Below, piece after piece: positions 9,179-19,560 of a DNA stretch of 64,000 nt; positions within the stretch are counted from its first letter, which is position 1, and every line of letters begins with the position of its first letter. The notes beneath the pieces are model-generated. The model did not search any database. It saw only the letters and a program-made list of their open reading frames with translations, and had not been told where the DNA came from. The DNA lies in NCBI GenBank assembly GCA_963663035.1, contig OY760074.1, positions 192,001-256,000 on the forward strand. Reading direction: 5' to 3'. Source of the stretch: Acidobacteriota bacterium (GTDB lineage Bacteria > Acidobacteriota > UBA6911 > RPQK01 > JADFOI01). Position numbers and translations under genes: made by a program.

Positions 9179-9982
9179 TTATGGACTAACTGCGCTGGGT
9201 TCGCCAACCTCCCGCTTGGGAAGCCACCTGAGCACACGCCGCTCCAGCCGAGCCAGCAGGCTGTTGGCGAGTACAATCAAAACGAAGAACACGGTCACAC
9301 CGGCAAAGGCACCGGTTGTGTCAAATAAACTGACCGCTTCACGGATATACAGACCCAGCCCAGCACGGGCTGCAATGAATTCTCCCACGGCGACCCCAAT
9401 GAAGGCGAGGGGCAAACTGGTCCGAATGCCGGTCATGAGGTGCGGCGAGATGGCAGGTAGGAGAATGCCATATACGATCATCCCGCCTCTGGCACCCATC
9501 AACCGGCCATATTTGATCAAGTCATCATCCAATTGGCGCAGACCGGAGTAAGTATTGAAAAAGTTGTGGAAGAAACTCAAGAGGATGACGAGGGCAACCT
9601 TCGAACTGAGTCCGATCCCCAGCCAAAGAATGAAGAGTGGGGCCAGAACCACTTTAGGGATTCCGTGTAATCCAAAGATGAACGGTTCCAGCAGGTCGGA
9701 CAAGACACGATAGCGACCCAACAGGTAGCCGACCACAATCCCACTGATGACACCGAGTGGAAAACCGATGGCCAGGCTGATCAGGGTGGCGCTCAAGTGG
9801 GGCCAGATTTCTCCGCTGTAGAACAAGTCGTTCAACCTCAGGAAAATCTCGCTTGGACTACTGATCACCCAGGCCTCCAGCCATCGGCCCGAGACCCACT
9901 CCCACAGGCCCAGCACTGCGCCAAGCAGGATGATTCGAAGTAACAAGACCCTGAAATATCCCATGCCCTTTAAAAAATCCAT
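9179..9982 (-). CDS. NitT/TauT-family ABC transporter permease
   Basis: LWEWVS, IPKVVLAPLFILWLGIG, EFIAARAGLG. Confidence 0.9.
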   Translation of the reverse strand: MDFLKGMGYFRVLLLRIILLGAVLGLWEWVSGRWLEAWVISSPSEIFLRLNDLFYSGEIWPHLSATLISLAIGFPLGVISGIVVGYLLGRYRVLSDLLEPFIFGLHGIPKVVLAPLFILWLGIGLSSKVALVILLSFFHNFFNTYSGLRQLDDDLIKYGRLMGARGGMIVYGILLPAISPHLMTGIRTSLPLAFIGVAVGEFIAARAGLGLYIREAVSLFDTTGAFAGVTVFFVLIVLANSLLARLERRVLRWLPKREVGEPSAVSP

Positions 9983-9989
9983 TACCTTG

Positions 9990-10835
9990 TCAGTGCTCGG
10001 GTAACTCGGACTGCAGAAGGCGCCACAGCGCCTTATAGCAATCCCCATATCCGTCGTGATCATGGATATGAAAGACGTCGCGGGGACGGGAAAGGTTGAC
10101 CTCGAGCTGTCCCTTTATGCTGCCGGGGCGGCGAGACATGATCACTACCCTGTCGGACAGCGCCAGCGCCTCTACGATGTCATGGGTCACAAAGAGGATT
10201 GTCTTGCCAGTCCCTTTCCAGATTTTCAGCAGTTCCTGCTGCAGCAGCATGCGGGTTTGAGCGTCCAGTGAGCCGAAGGGCTCATCCATCAGCAGGACAT
10301 CCGGGTCATAGCTCAAGGCTTGGGCCAGAGCTGTTCTCTTTTGCATCCCCCCGGAAAGCTGATAAGGGTAATGCTCCTCGAAACCTCTTAAGCCGACCAT
10401 CTCCAGTAAGTTTGCCACCCGGTCGCGGCGGTTCTCTCTGGGCAGACCGCGGGCACGCAGGGGAAAGTCGACATTTCCAGCCAGAGTGAGCCAGGGAAAC
10501 AACTTGTTGTCCTGGGTAATGTAGCCCAGTCCCAGGTCACTGTTGATGCCGTTCACCAGAGTGCCTCGAACGTGGATTGAGCCTTGGTTGGGGGCCAAAA
10601 AGCCGGCCACCAGATTCAAAAGGGTGGTTTTGCCGCAGCCGGAGGGACCGACAATACTGACAAAAGTGCTCTCATCCACAGACAGGCTCACGTCGCGCAG
10701 GACGTCGACGGCGGCACCTCGACCCGGGAACGATTTTGCAACCTTCTGCAGCTGGATAATGGAAGCCCTGTCGCCTGGCTTTACTGGGGCTCCTTCGCTT
10801 GACCCCTGGCTGGACTTATTCGTCGAGGAACTCAT
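9990..10835 (-). CDS. NitT/TauT-family ABC transporter ATP-binding protein
   Basis: GPSGCGKT, LSGGMQKR, LLMDEPF, VTHDIVEA. Confidence 0.95.
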   Translation of the reverse strand: MSSSTNKSSQGSSEGAPVKPGDRASIIQLQKVAKSFPGRGAAVDVLRDVSLSVDESTFVSIVGPSGCGKTTLLNLVAGFLAPNQGSIHVRGTLVNGINSDLGLGYITQDNKLFPWLTLAGNVDFPLRARGLPRENRRDRVANLLEMVGLRGFEEHYPYQLSGGMQKRTALAQALSYDPDVLLMDEPFGSLDAQTRMLLQQELLKIWKGTGKTILFVTHDIVEALALSDRVVIMSRRPGSIKGQLEVNLSRPRDVFHIHDHDGYGDCYKALWRLLQSELPEH

Positions 10836-11901
10836 TGGTCCACATGATGCCTTCCGACGTATCCAAGGGGTCATTGAGGATTCCCACGGTCAGGGCGACC
10901 TCGACCAGGCGGTCCCACTGCTGCTGAGTCATGGCATGCTTCTGAGGCAGGACAGGGAGGACCTGAGTTTCGAAAAGAGCGGCCACCTGATCTGGTTCCA
11001 GCTGCCCTGCGAACACATTCTGCAGAATTTGTAGAGTCTCGTCCGGGTGATCTCCTATGTACTGGTTGGCTCGTGTCAGCGCACGAACCACCTTGCGAAC
11101 GGTGTCAGGGAATTCACGAGCATACCGCTTGCGGGTGTGCAAAGCGTGAACCGGCAGATCCCGAATGGCCGGGAACTCCGTGAGCAGATCCACCAGTACT
11201 ATCGCCAGCTGGGAATCTAAAAAAGTTTTGTTTTCTGCGCCGCCCGTGGTGAGCTGTGCCTCTCCTGTTTGAAAGGCAAGCTTTCGTGCTGCCGGACTAC
11301 CCATGTACACGGTGTCCAGATGTGCTTGAGGTTCAAACCCGTGGCTGTGGAGCAGGTACTGGGTGTAGATTGCGGATGCACCTGCCCGGCTGGTGGTTGC
11401 AAAGGTGAGGCCAGCCACTCTCTCCAGGCGTTCTTTTACAGTGAGGTTGGGGTCGAGCCGAAGTGTCTGCGCCACATCGCTGCGGATAATCAGTTGAAAT
11501 GGAAGTCCCACGGTGATGGCTTGGACCGTGAGCAGATCGATGCCCTTTTCCTGAACGACAGGCGCTATCTCAGCTGTCTTCAGGGCGAACTGGGCATCAC
11601 CGGCAAGGAGAATGGTCACTGCCCTGGACCCGCCGCCTCCCCTCAGAAACTCTACCTGCAAGTCTTCCTCTACAAAGAAGCCCTTCCTCTCAGCAATGTA
11701 GATAGATGCGTAGCTCGGAGAATGACTGGCCTGGGCAATAACCACAGATGGGATCTGAGATGAAGGCCCGGAGGCAGGCCCGCAGCTGCTGATACCCAGT
11801 GCCAGGAAAGACACACACAAGCAGACACTGAGCCGATGTTTTCTCAAAACTTTTTCCTGAATATGGGCTGGAATGCTAGTCAGACGGCCCAACTTTGTCA
11901 A
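10816..11901 (-). CDS. NitT/TauT-family substrate-binding lipoprotein (start uncertain)
   Basis: Lipobox-like GISSC, YIAERKGFFVEEDLQVE. Confidence 0.9.
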   Translation of the reverse strand: MTKLGRLTSIPAHIQEKVLRKHRLSVCLCVSFLALGISSCGPASGPSSQIPSVVIAQASHSPSYASIYIAERKGFFVEEDLQVEFLRGGGGSRAVTILLAGDAQFALKTAEIAPVVQEKGIDLLTVQAITVGLPFQLIIRSDVAQTLRLDPNLTVKERLERVAGLTFATTSRAGASAIYTQYLLHSHGFEPQAHLDTVYMGSPAARKLAFQTGEAQLTTGGAENKTFLDSQLAIVLVDLLTEFPAIRDLPVHALHTRKRYAREFPDTVRKVVRALTRANQYIGDHPDETLQILQNVFAGQLEPDQVAALFETQVLPVLPQKHAMTQQQWDRLVEVALTVGILNDPLDTSEGIMWTNEFLDE

Positions 11902-11948
11902 GACGAAGCGAGCCAGGGAGGTTGCTTTGCGTACGGCCCAGGCTCCAG

Positions 11949-12023
11949 GGCCCGTGGGCTGAAGCCCACGGCTCTGACTGATACTCGCTGGCTCCGATCA
12001 GAGCCGCAGGCTTTAGCCTGCGG
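11949..12023. repeat. Inverted pair of REP-like palindromes
   Basis: CCGTGGGC-TGAA-GCCCACGG and CCGCAGGC-TTTA-GCCTGCGG; the same units recur at 48746-48798. Confidence 0.8.
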
Positions 12024-12058
12024 TCAGCGGTCAGCGTTTTAGCTGTCAGTTGCTTGGG

Positions 12059-12634
12059 CTACTTTTCCGCACAATACACGAAGGCTGGAGGCAGGTTCTG
12101 CCAGATGATTCGGGTGGCTAGGACTTTTCGAAACCTGGAGAACAAGCACTTCCTGAACCTTCTTCCGGCGGGGAGACAGAGTCCGTGGACGTAGGCAAAG
12201 GTGAGAAACTTTCCTCCTGGTTCCAGGACATCGGCAACAGTATCCAGTATTTGGTTCTGTACATTCTCGGGAAAAGAAGCCCAGGGTAATCCGCTGATAA
12301 TCCGATCACATTTCTCAACACCGGCCTCTTTGAGGTAAGTGGCCACATTCACAGCCGAATCATAATAGACAATCGCTTCTGGGCAACGTCTTTTGGTTTC
12401 CTTGACGAAGTTCTCATTGATTTCCAGGGCAAAAGCCTTGCCATCCTCAGAAATCTTTTCCAAAATTTTCTCGGTAAACACACCCGTACCCGATCCGAGT
12501 TCGACGACCATAGAAGCCCGTGACAGCTCCGCAGTATCGGTGATCAGGTCTGCCATCTCCTTAGAACTCTCTGCGATAGCACAGGTGAGGGTAGGGTAGC
12601 GCACAAATTGCTTCAGGAACTCGACTCTATTCAA
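12059..12634 (-). CDS. Class I SAM methyltransferase, PmtA-like phospholipid N-methyltransferase family
   Basis: VVELGSGTGVFT, IISGLPW, NLPPAFVY. Confidence 0.85.
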   Translation of the reverse strand: MNRVEFLKQFVRYPTLTCAIAESSKEMADLITDTAELSRASMVVELGSGTGVFTEKILEKISEDGKAFALEINENFVKETKRRCPEAIVYYDSAVNVATYLKEAGVEKCDRIISGLPWASFPENVQNQILDTVADVLEPGGKFLTFAYVHGLCLPAGRRFRKCLFSRFRKVLATRIIWQNLPPAFVYCAEK

Positions 12635-12790
12635 CTCTTTCCTCCCAAACTCAACTCCGTTTCACATCCGGTTTCGAAAGACTGGTCATCCTATCATGTC
12701 AGAAATGGATATTGTATGTCTGTGATGGAGCTCGGGGAACTTGACAGCCTACCAACAGGATCTTAAGGACTCAGTAAAGGAGGTGTCGTC

Positions 12791-13675
12791 ATGAAAAGCA
12801 GTGAGATTCACACGGCGGTACGAGAGCGATACGCCAAGATTGCCACGACTGGTAGTACCTGCTGTGGTTCTTCTTGTGGTCCGACAAGCGAGCCGGCAGA
12901 AGATGCCGAGAGGCTCTCAGCCATGAGCCAGAAAATGGGCTACACCAGTCAGGAGCTGGAAGGTGTGCCAGAGGGAGCCAACCTTGGTCTGGGCTGTGGA
13001 AACCCGGTTGCCCTGGCCTCACTTGAAAAGGGTCAGGTCGTGGCTGATCTGGGCTCTGGAGCCGGATTCGGCAGCTTTTTGGCCGCCCAGCAGGTGGGAG
13101 GAGAAGGTAAGGTCATCGGAGTAGACATGACTCCGGAGATGATTGAGCGGGCCCAGCACAATGCTCAAAAAGGCGGCTATCAGAACGTGGAGTTTCGACT
13201 GGGTGAGATCGAACATCTGCCGTTGGCAGACCAGTCGGTTGACGTGGTTCTCTCAAACTGCGTGATCAACCTCTCGCCCGACAAGGAGGAGGTGTTTCGA
13301 GAGACCTTCAGAACTCTCAAGCCGGGAGGCCGGCTGATGGTCTCAGACATCGTGTTGCTGAGAGAGCTTCCCAGCTTCATCAAAGGCTCCATTGAGGCCT
13401 ATGTTGCCTGTCTTGCGGGAGCCGCAACCCGGGAAGCCTACCTGGCAGCCATCACAGCCGCTGGATTTGTAGATGTCCAGGTGGTGGAGGAAACTTCCGT
13501 TCCCGTGGACCTCGTTGTGAATGATCCTGTGACCAAGAAAATAGTGGACGGCTTGCACATTTCCCCTCAATCCCTGAGTGGAGTGGTTGATTCCATCAAG
13601 AGTATCCGCGTCTCAGCCCTGAAACCCCTCCCAGATTCGGAATCTGGAAGGGATGGAGTGAGTAACGACCTCTAA
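12791..13675 (+). CDS. arsM: Arsenite methyltransferase
   Basis: VRERYA, CC, NLGLGCGNP, GVDMTPEM, SNCVINLSPDK, VACL. Confidence 0.9.
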   Translation: MKSSEIHTAVRERYAKIATTGSTCCGSSCGPTSEPAEDAERLSAMSQKMGYTSQELEGVPEGANLGLGCGNPVALASLEKGQVVADLGSGAGFGSFLAAQQVGGEGKVIGVDMTPEMIERAQHNAQKGGYQNVEFRLGEIEHLPLADQSVDVVLSNCVINLSPDKEEVFRETFRTLKPGGRLMVSDIVLLRELPSFIKGSIEAYVACLAGAATREAYLAAITAAGFVDVQVVEETSVPVDLVVNDPVTKKIVDGLHISPQSLSGVVDSIKSIRVSALKPLPDSESGRDGVSNDL

Positions 13676-13717
13676 TCTGCTGTTTCGGCTTGTTTGGAAG
13701 TTGGGATTTCCTCCTCC

Positions 13718-14848
13718 TCATCCCGCTTCGGCGGTAGCCTCGGGCGGCGGCTGTGGCCTTCGACGTTCCTGAATGTATTCGACCATCAACCGGCAGGAAA
13801 GCCCGATGGCCAAAAAGGAATAGATGCTCAACAGGAGCGGGCCGAATACCGGGACGGCCACGGAAATTCCCAGTAGGATAATTCCGAAAATGGTCCCCAC
13901 CAGAAAGTTGGACTGTCCTTTGAAAAGACTTATCAGAATCCAGTCGCCCAGGTAGTTCGCCAACAGGATGAGTCCATACAGCCATGCAGCCGGATACAGA
14001 AATAAGAGAAGGAGGGCCAGCGGAATACCAATGATCGTCACACAGAGCATCATGAAGATCGGCAAGAACATGAAAGTCGCGATAAACCCCCACAACAGAT
14101 CCCAAGCTAAGTTTTCTTTCTCCATTAAAGTGACACCTCTCTGGATTGAAGTTCGAAAAAGAAGGGCCAGGATCAGGATGGTAGCTGCCAAACCGATGAG
14201 CGTCATCACTCCCAGAAAGGCAACGACCCCTCGAGTCCAATCCGACACCATTTGGCTGATCCACTCATTCATCCTGGGCGAATCCTCCACCCTACTGAAG
14301 TCACCTTCCTCCACCCTTACATTTCCCTGGATGACCCCATCCCCCCTCACACTCACTTCGCCGACTCTCACATTGACCGGGCCCTCCACCACACCGAAGA
14401 CTGTGACTTCACCGAACTTGACGTCCACGCCGCCCGGGCCTACCCGTCCGTTGACCGTCACCTCTCCAGCTACCAACTCCACGCGGTCGTGGACCCGCCC
14501 TCGGACAGTGATCTCTCCCGCGATCATCTGAACATCTTCAAGAACCTGGCCGTCAATCTCGAGTTCTCCGAACAGCAGTTTGGCCCGTTTCACCACTTCG
14601 TTGGCTCCGATTGTCCTCTCTCCGGCGATCATGTCAATCACAATATCGGACTGCGGGATGGGCTCTTCCTGGGGAGTCTCCGGCTGTTCTGTTTCGATGG
14701 GTGCTTCGTCCGTGGACTGGCTGGCGGGCTGTGGCGCCGACTCCTCCTGCGATGCGGCTACACCCGCCTCACCCTCCTGTCCAGCGGCACCCGCCATTAC
14801 GAGCCCGAAGACCACCAAAAAGACGGCAAAATATCCCGGTTTATTCAT
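13718..14848 (-). CDS. Membrane protein with bactofilin-like beta-helix and C-terminal TM bundle
   Basis: Repeated GEVTV.G.V units, then VTIIGIPL TM region; start coupled to the anti-sigma stop (TGATG). Confidence 0.8.
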   Translation of the reverse strand: MNKPGYFAVFLVVFGLVMAGAAGQEGEAGVAASQEESAPQPASQSTDEAPIETEQPETPQEEPIPQSDIVIDMIAGERTIGANEVVKRAKLLFGELEIDGQVLEDVQMIAGEITVRGRVHDRVELVAGEVTVNGRVGPGGVDVKFGEVTVFGVVEGPVNVRVGEVSVRGDGVIQGNVRVEEGDFSRVEDSPRMNEWISQMVSDWTRGVVAFLGVMTLIGLAATILILALLFRTSIQRGVTLMEKENLAWDLLWGFIATFMFLPIFMMLCVTIIGIPLALLLLFLYPAAWLYGLILLANYLGDWILISLFKGQSNFLVGTIFGIILLGISVAVPVFGPLLLSIYSFLAIGLSCRLMVEYIQERRRPQPPPEATAEAG

Positions 14849-15258
14849 CAAGCCATGACTCCTGCAAATCGTTTGCGCAGCACCAGTTCGGCGGCCAGAA
14901 ACCACCCCACCAGGGCGTTCAGGAAGAACGCTACAACCACTGCCAGCGCCAGATAGGGATGCTGGGCGGCTAGTGCCACCGCTTTCGGAACCACCATCGC
15001 GCTGCGTGTGGCCATCCAAACCAGTGCTTCCCACTCCCAGTAGATGAGCCCCAGCACCGAGGTGGTAAAGAATCCCACATACACCGCCCACGCCCACCAG
15101 GGAAAGGGTGCGATGCGCGTCTCCGGCAGGCGCCTCATGGTGCGTTCGATCAGGCCTTCCGGAACGCTTACTTCCATGTCGTGGGCTAGCAGACCGTCCA
15201 GTTTGCGCTCCAGTGGGGTCTCACCCCGGTCCCACTTTTCTGATTCCTTAAAGTTCAT
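14848..15258 (-). CDS. Putative anti-sigma factor (two TM segments)
   Basis: Directly follows the ECF sigma; VPEGLIERTMRRL then TM helices. Confidence 0.7.
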   Translation of the reverse strand: MNFKESEKWDRGETPLERKLDGLLAHDMEVSVPEGLIERTMRRLPETRIAPFPWWAWAVYVGFFTTSVLGLIYWEWEALVWMATRSAMVVPKAVALAAQHPYLALAVVVAFFLNALVGWFLAAELVLRKRFAGVMA

Positions 15259-15862
15259 CTCCTGTTGCCTCCATTCGGGCCTTCATTTTTTCGCGGGCGC
15301 GAAACAGCCACACTTTGACCGTCCCCGGCTTTTGCTTCAGCGTTCGAGCCACTTCCTCCACTGACCTGTCCTCCAGATAAAAGAGCACGACCGCAGCTCG
15401 ATGGGTGTCCGGCAACTCTGCCAGCAGACGCTTCACCATCTCGCGCTGTTCCCTTTGTTCTGCATATTGCTCTGCTTCCTGTAGTGGCTGGACCTCTTCC
15501 ACTGGCTTGCTGTGGAGGGCGTATTGCTGCTTGCCCGCCTTCAATCGGTCCAAGCACAAATTGGTCGCGATGCGCTTGATCCAATGGGTAAAATTTCCGC
15601 CGCTCCGGAAGGACGTCAGATGGCTCCACGCTCTCAGAAAAGTCTCCTGAAAGACATCTTCTGCGTCCGCTCTCTTGCCCAGCATCCTAAACGCCAACGA
15701 GTACACAAACCCGGAATAGGCCTGCATCAAGTCCTCGAAGGCTGCCCGGTCGCATTCTTTTGCCCGCTCGACCAGGGAAATAACCTCCGAGATCTCCAAC
15801 CGGCCTACCTTCTGCTCGTGGGCTCCCCGCATCCATCCGAGTGCCAATGTGGTCGCTTCCAT
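15248..15862 (-). CDS. ECF RNA polymerase sigma factor
   Basis: DAEDVFQETFLRAW, WIKRIATNLCLD, GTVKVWLFRAR. Confidence 0.95.
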   Translation of the reverse strand: MEATTLALGWMRGAHEQKVGRLEISEVISLVERAKECDRAAFEDLMQAYSGFVYSLAFRMLGKRADAEDVFQETFLRAWSHLTSFRSGGNFTHWIKRIATNLCLDRLKAGKQQYALHSKPVEEVQPLQEAEQYAEQREQREMVKRLLAELPDTHRAAVVLFYLEDRSVEEVARTLKQKPGTVKVWLFRAREKMKARMEATGDEL

Positions 15863-15900
15863 TTGTCCGTTTCCGTCAATCTCCTACCTATATATATCTA

Positions 15901-15932
15901 TATATACTTCCACCGTCCCAAGAAGGTTACAC
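15901..15932 (-). promoter_or_regulatory. Candidate autoregulatory ECF promoter
   Basis: Minus strand TGTAACC-N16-AGTATA, resembling SigW/SigM/SigX-type -35/-10 elements. Confidence 0.45.
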
Positions 15933-16090
15933 CCCAAAGGGAAAATCCGAAATCCGATATTCAATACTCAAGCAGGAAGGGTGGCTGTCCAACCCGTTTA
16001 GCTTCCCAGAGTTGATAAGATAGAAGGTGTGCCAATGCTGTTGTTCGTAAGACGCCCTACTTCAACCTGAGATCAAGGAAATATTAAACC

Positions 16091-17503
16091 ATGGCAGATA
16101 AGCAGCTCTATCCTCTTGGCAGTGAGTCTCGGCCCCTTCGAGTGGCCATCATCGGCTCTGGCCCCTCCGGCTTTTATGCGGCGGACGCCCTCTTCAAAGA
16201 GAAGGACCTGAATGTCCAGGTTGATTTGTACGATCGTTTGCCGACCCCTTACGGCTTGGTGAGATTTGGTGTTGCCCCCGACCACCAAAAGCTCAAGGCC
16301 GTGATTCGGGTTTACGAAAAGGTCGCGGGAAGAGAAGGCCTGCGATTTTTCGGAAACGTCCAGGTGGGCCGCGACCTCACCGTCGAAGAGTTAGAGCTCC
16401 ACTACGACCAGATCGTCTTCGCCATTGGCTGCGAGACGGACCGGAAGCTGGGTATTCCCGGGGAGGACCTGGAAGGAAGCTATACCGCTACCGAGTTCGT
16501 GGCCTGGTACAACAGCCATCCGGATTACATCGATCGAGCCTTTGATCTGTCCTGTGAACGTGCAGTAGTCGTTGGAATCGGCAACGTGGCCATGGACGTT
16601 ACCCGTATCCTGGCGAGGGATCCCGAGGAATTGGCCAGCAGCGACATTGCGGGCTACGCTCTGGAGGCGCTGCGCAAGAGTGGTGTCAAGGAGGTCATTC
16701 TGCTGGGCCGGCGGGGACCTGCCCAGGCCGCCTTTTCACCCCGTGAGATCCAGGAGATCGGGGGGCTGGAAGGTGTCGACCTAATCATGGATCCCCAAGA
16801 AGCGGAGCTGGACGAAGTCTCTCGGGCTTCTCTGAAGGCTGACGAGAAGAGCAACGTGGAGTATTTGATGGCACAGTCCAAGCTGGGCGAAGGCAGCAAC
16901 CCCAAGAAAGTCCGCCTGCGTCTCTGTGTTTCTCCAGTGGAAATTATCGGTGAAAACGGCCGGGTCACGGAGGTGAAGATTGAAAAGAACGAGCTGCGTC
17001 AGGAGGAGGGTGGATATATCCGCTCCGTAGGTACGGGCCAGTATGAGACCCTTTCGGCCGGACTGATCTTTCGTTCAATCGGATACCACGGGGTGCCCCT
17101 GGCGGGTCTTCCCTTTAATGAAAAGCGCGGGATTGCCCACAACAAGGAGGGGCGCGTAACCGACTCCTCGGGCAGCATTGAAGCCAACAAGTACGTGGTG
17201 GGTTGGATCAAGCGGGGGCCCACCGGGCTGATTGGGACCAACAAGCGAGACTCCTCTGCCACGGTGGATAAGATGCTCGAGGACATAGCCGGACAGAAGG
17301 CCCCGGTGGATCCGCAGAAAACGCCGGAGGCGGTCGATCAAATGCTGGCCACCAAGAAGCTCATGGTGGTCACCTTTGAGGATTGGAAGCTCTTGGACAA
17401 GCAGGAAGTGGACAAGGGTCAACGCCTGGGCAAAGTGCGGGACAAGTTCGCAACCGTTGCGGAGATGATGGAGGCTATCGAGAACGCCCGCTCCGCGGGT
17501 TAA
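16091..17503 (+). CDS. Ferredoxin-NADP reductase (FprA/adrenodoxin reductase-like)
   Basis: GSGPSGFY, PYGLVRFGVAPDH, GIGNVAMD, GWIKRGPTG. Confidence 0.9.
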   Translation: MADKQLYPLGSESRPLRVAIIGSGPSGFYAADALFKEKDLNVQVDLYDRLPTPYGLVRFGVAPDHQKLKAVIRVYEKVAGREGLRFFGNVQVGRDLTVEELELHYDQIVFAIGCETDRKLGIPGEDLEGSYTATEFVAWYNSHPDYIDRAFDLSCERAVVVGIGNVAMDVTRILARDPEELASSDIAGYALEALRKSGVKEVILLGRRGPAQAAFSPREIQEIGGLEGVDLIMDPQEAELDEVSRASLKADEKSNVEYLMAQSKLGEGSNPKKVRLRLCVSPVEIIGENGRVTEVKIEKNELRQEEGGYIRSVGTGQYETLSAGLIFRSIGYHGVPLAGLPFNEKRGIAHNKEGRVTDSSGSIEANKYVVGWIKRGPTGLIGTNKRDSSATVDKMLEDIAGQKAPVDPQKTPEAVDQMLATKKLMVVTFEDWKLLDKQEVDKGQRLGKVRDKFATVAEMMEAIENARSAG

Positions 17504-17532
17504 AGGCGACCCAGCTTTTGACTCCTACCTAG

Positions 17533-17619
17533 CCGGAACTATGCATAGGTTTTCGTGACGAAGTGCCGCTGGCTCGGATGATTGCGGCACAGCAGTAGAA
17601 AATCTATGCCTAATCCCGG
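17533..17619. mobile_element. MITE-like element, internally deleted copy b
   Basis: Same ends and outer arms as copy a, central core missing; flanks CTAG/CTAA. Confidence 0.8.
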
Positions 17620-17686
17620 CTAATAAATCCTGCCCAGTTTTGGGAACAACCCGGCCTGCCCATCGTGTAATCAAAGTGAGAGATGG

Positions 17687-18523
17687 ATGCGAAAGGAGCG
17701 AAGCAAAACCATGAAATCTAAAACCTTACTTTTCCTGACTATCTTGCTGGCGGGAGGCTCCAGTTACTCTTTTTCGCAAGCTGTGATTCAGTCCTTGGCC
17801 TCCGACCAGAGTTATCTCGGCGTACAACTTCGCGACATTACTTCAAGCGAGGTGGACAATCTGAAACTACCCCAGGAGGCGGGAGTCTTCCTGGTGCGAG
17901 TCGAGGAAGATAGTCCTGCCGCCGAGGCTGATTTACGGGAAGGCGATGTGATCATCCAATTCGGCACAGTCTCCGTTTTCAGTGTTCGACAGTTCCAACG
18001 GCATGTCTCTGAAACTCCTGCCGGTCGGCAAGTAGAGCTGGTCATCATTCGCGATGGACAGAGAACAGCAAAGACGGTCACCCTCGAGGAACGAGAGTTG
18101 TCCGAACAATATCGGTTTCTGGGACCGCGAGGGATGGAAGGCTCCCGCGATTTCTTGCGTGGCTTTCAGGACTGGTTTCGGCAGGAACCTGACCGGGAGG
18201 CTTCCTCTTCAGGTCCGTCTCGGTTAGGAATCCGGGGAGAGGAACTGACCGATCAACTGGGTGAAGTCTTGGGTGTCCCTGGAAAGGAAGGCGTGCTTGT
18301 CATGGAGGTGATGTTGGATACTCCGGCCCAAAAAGCAGGACTCCAGGCCGGTGATGTGATCGTTTCAGTCCAAGGCCATCCCGTGCGAAGGACAGCGGAT
18401 GTAGCCCGTTACTTGGAACCGGGATCCATGGAGTTAGAAATTATCCGCGACAAGCAGCAAAGCAAAATCACTGTCGAGATCGAATCCGGAAGAAACCAGG
18501 AAAGAGGGAGAATGCGACTCTAG
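17687..18523 (+). CDS. Exported protein with two PDZ domains (start may be 17711)
   Basis: YLGVQL...SPAAEADLREGDVI; RLGI...TPAQKAGLQAGDVI; no protease domain. Confidence 0.85.
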   Translation: MRKERSKTMKSKTLLFLTILLAGGSSYSFSQAVIQSLASDQSYLGVQLRDITSSEVDNLKLPQEAGVFLVRVEEDSPAAEADLREGDVIIQFGTVSVFSVRQFQRHVSETPAGRQVELVIIRDGQRTAKTVTLEERELSEQYRFLGPRGMEGSRDFLRGFQDWFRQEPDREASSSGPSRLGIRGEELTDQLGEVLGVPGKEGVLVMEVMLDTPAQKAGLQAGDVIVSVQGHPVRRTADVARYLEPGSMELEIIRDKQQSKITVEIESGRNQERGRMRL

Positions 18524-18574
18524 TCCTTGGGATTCCAGCTGAAGCCTGCCTCAGCGACGGCGCGAAGACACGAA

Positions 18575-18599
18575 TTCGGCACCTGAGGTGCCTCCCACG
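18575..18599 (-). repeat. GTGGGAG-type REP-like element
   Basis: CGTGGGAGGCACCTCAGGTGCCGAA; 24/25 copy at 45180-45204. Confidence 0.7.
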
Positions 18600-18614
18600 C
18601 ACGACCGCACGAAC

Positions 18615-19355
18615 TCAGTGCGTCAGAGCATAGATCACGTAGTTAATGCCTAATTTGTAGGCCTCGTTGGATAGGCTGACCGGAAAAAAAGACGCGTCTG
18701 ACCATTCCCAGTAGTCACCGATGTCGTTGTTGAAGTTGACGATCGCCTGGAGGTCACCCGCCTCGTCAAACATCCCGTAGAACTCGGCGGGTCGGCCGTA
18801 GTCACGCGGAGCGACCATGTCCAGTGTTTCAATTTCGTAAAAACATTGGAAAATGGCATGATCCACCGTAAGTCTTTTCATCTCCCGCTCGGGGAATACC
18901 TTCTTCATGGCTGACTCAAAGAATCTCCACTGACTGGGCCCGTCAAAGTCATCGAAGATCGCAACCCCCCCCCGAAGAAAATACTCGCGGAGATTGCTTG
19001 CCTCCCTTTCAGTGATTCCCCAGGTGCCGGGCTCACTGAAATAGAGGATGGGGTAGTCCATAATCCGAGGATCATCCAAGTCCACTATGACGTATGAGTT
19101 GGTGGTTGTCTGAACGCCGGTGACCTCGGAGAGGATTTTCAGGAAATTCCGCTCTGCTCGGGGATAGTCGTGGGCCCAACCCATTCTAAAGAACCAGCCA
19201 TTCTCGGAGAACCTGACCCGGGCAAACTGGAAATAAGTAGGATCATCGGCACGGATAGGCTGGTCGCGCTCCGGAGATGCGACAATCGAGGTCAGGGCCA
19301 GAACAGCGCCTAAGATCCAAACCCATGTTCCTCTCCTTCGGATACTGTCCTGCAT
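18615..19355 (-). CDS. DUF4159 domain protein
   Basis: WAHDYPRAERN, YFSEPG, DDFDG, NNDIGDYWEW, GINYVIYALTH. Confidence 0.9.
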   Translation of the reverse strand: MQDSIRRRGTWVWILGAVLALTSIVASPERDQPIRADDPTYFQFARVRFSENGWFFRMGWAHDYPRAERNFLKILSEVTGVQTTTNSYVIVDLDDPRIMDYPILYFSEPGTWGITEREASNLREYFLRGGVAIFDDFDGPSQWRFFESAMKKVFPEREMKRLTVDHAIFQCFYEIETLDMVAPRDYGRPAEFYGMFDEAGDLQAIVNFNNDIGDYWEWSDASFFPVSLSNEAYKLGINYVIYALTH

Positions 19356-19560
19356 AATGACTCCATCACCCCGACAGGAGGAGAATCTACTCGCGCGTTT
19401 CTCCTGGTGGCAACTTGCTTGTGAGTTTCAGCCGTATTGTACCTCAAACCCGGTGTAGTAATTGGGCCGAATGCGGATAATCGGAAAACGTGCGGCTTAT
19501 GGTCAGATTTCCAACTGTCCACCAACCTACGAAGTCACCTTCGCACCGACCCGGGTTCTC

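Noticed and set aside
14849-15097. Long N-terminal extensions of ORFs 13718..15097, 37975..40122, 45242..46693, 57002..58057 and 27414..28652
   Set aside because: They overlap neighbouring real genes; internal starts with coupling or an RBS fit better.
15888-15907. TATATA run upstream of the ECF sigma gene as a phase-variable repeat
   Set aside because: Short and interrupted; explained by the -10 region and an AT-rich leader.
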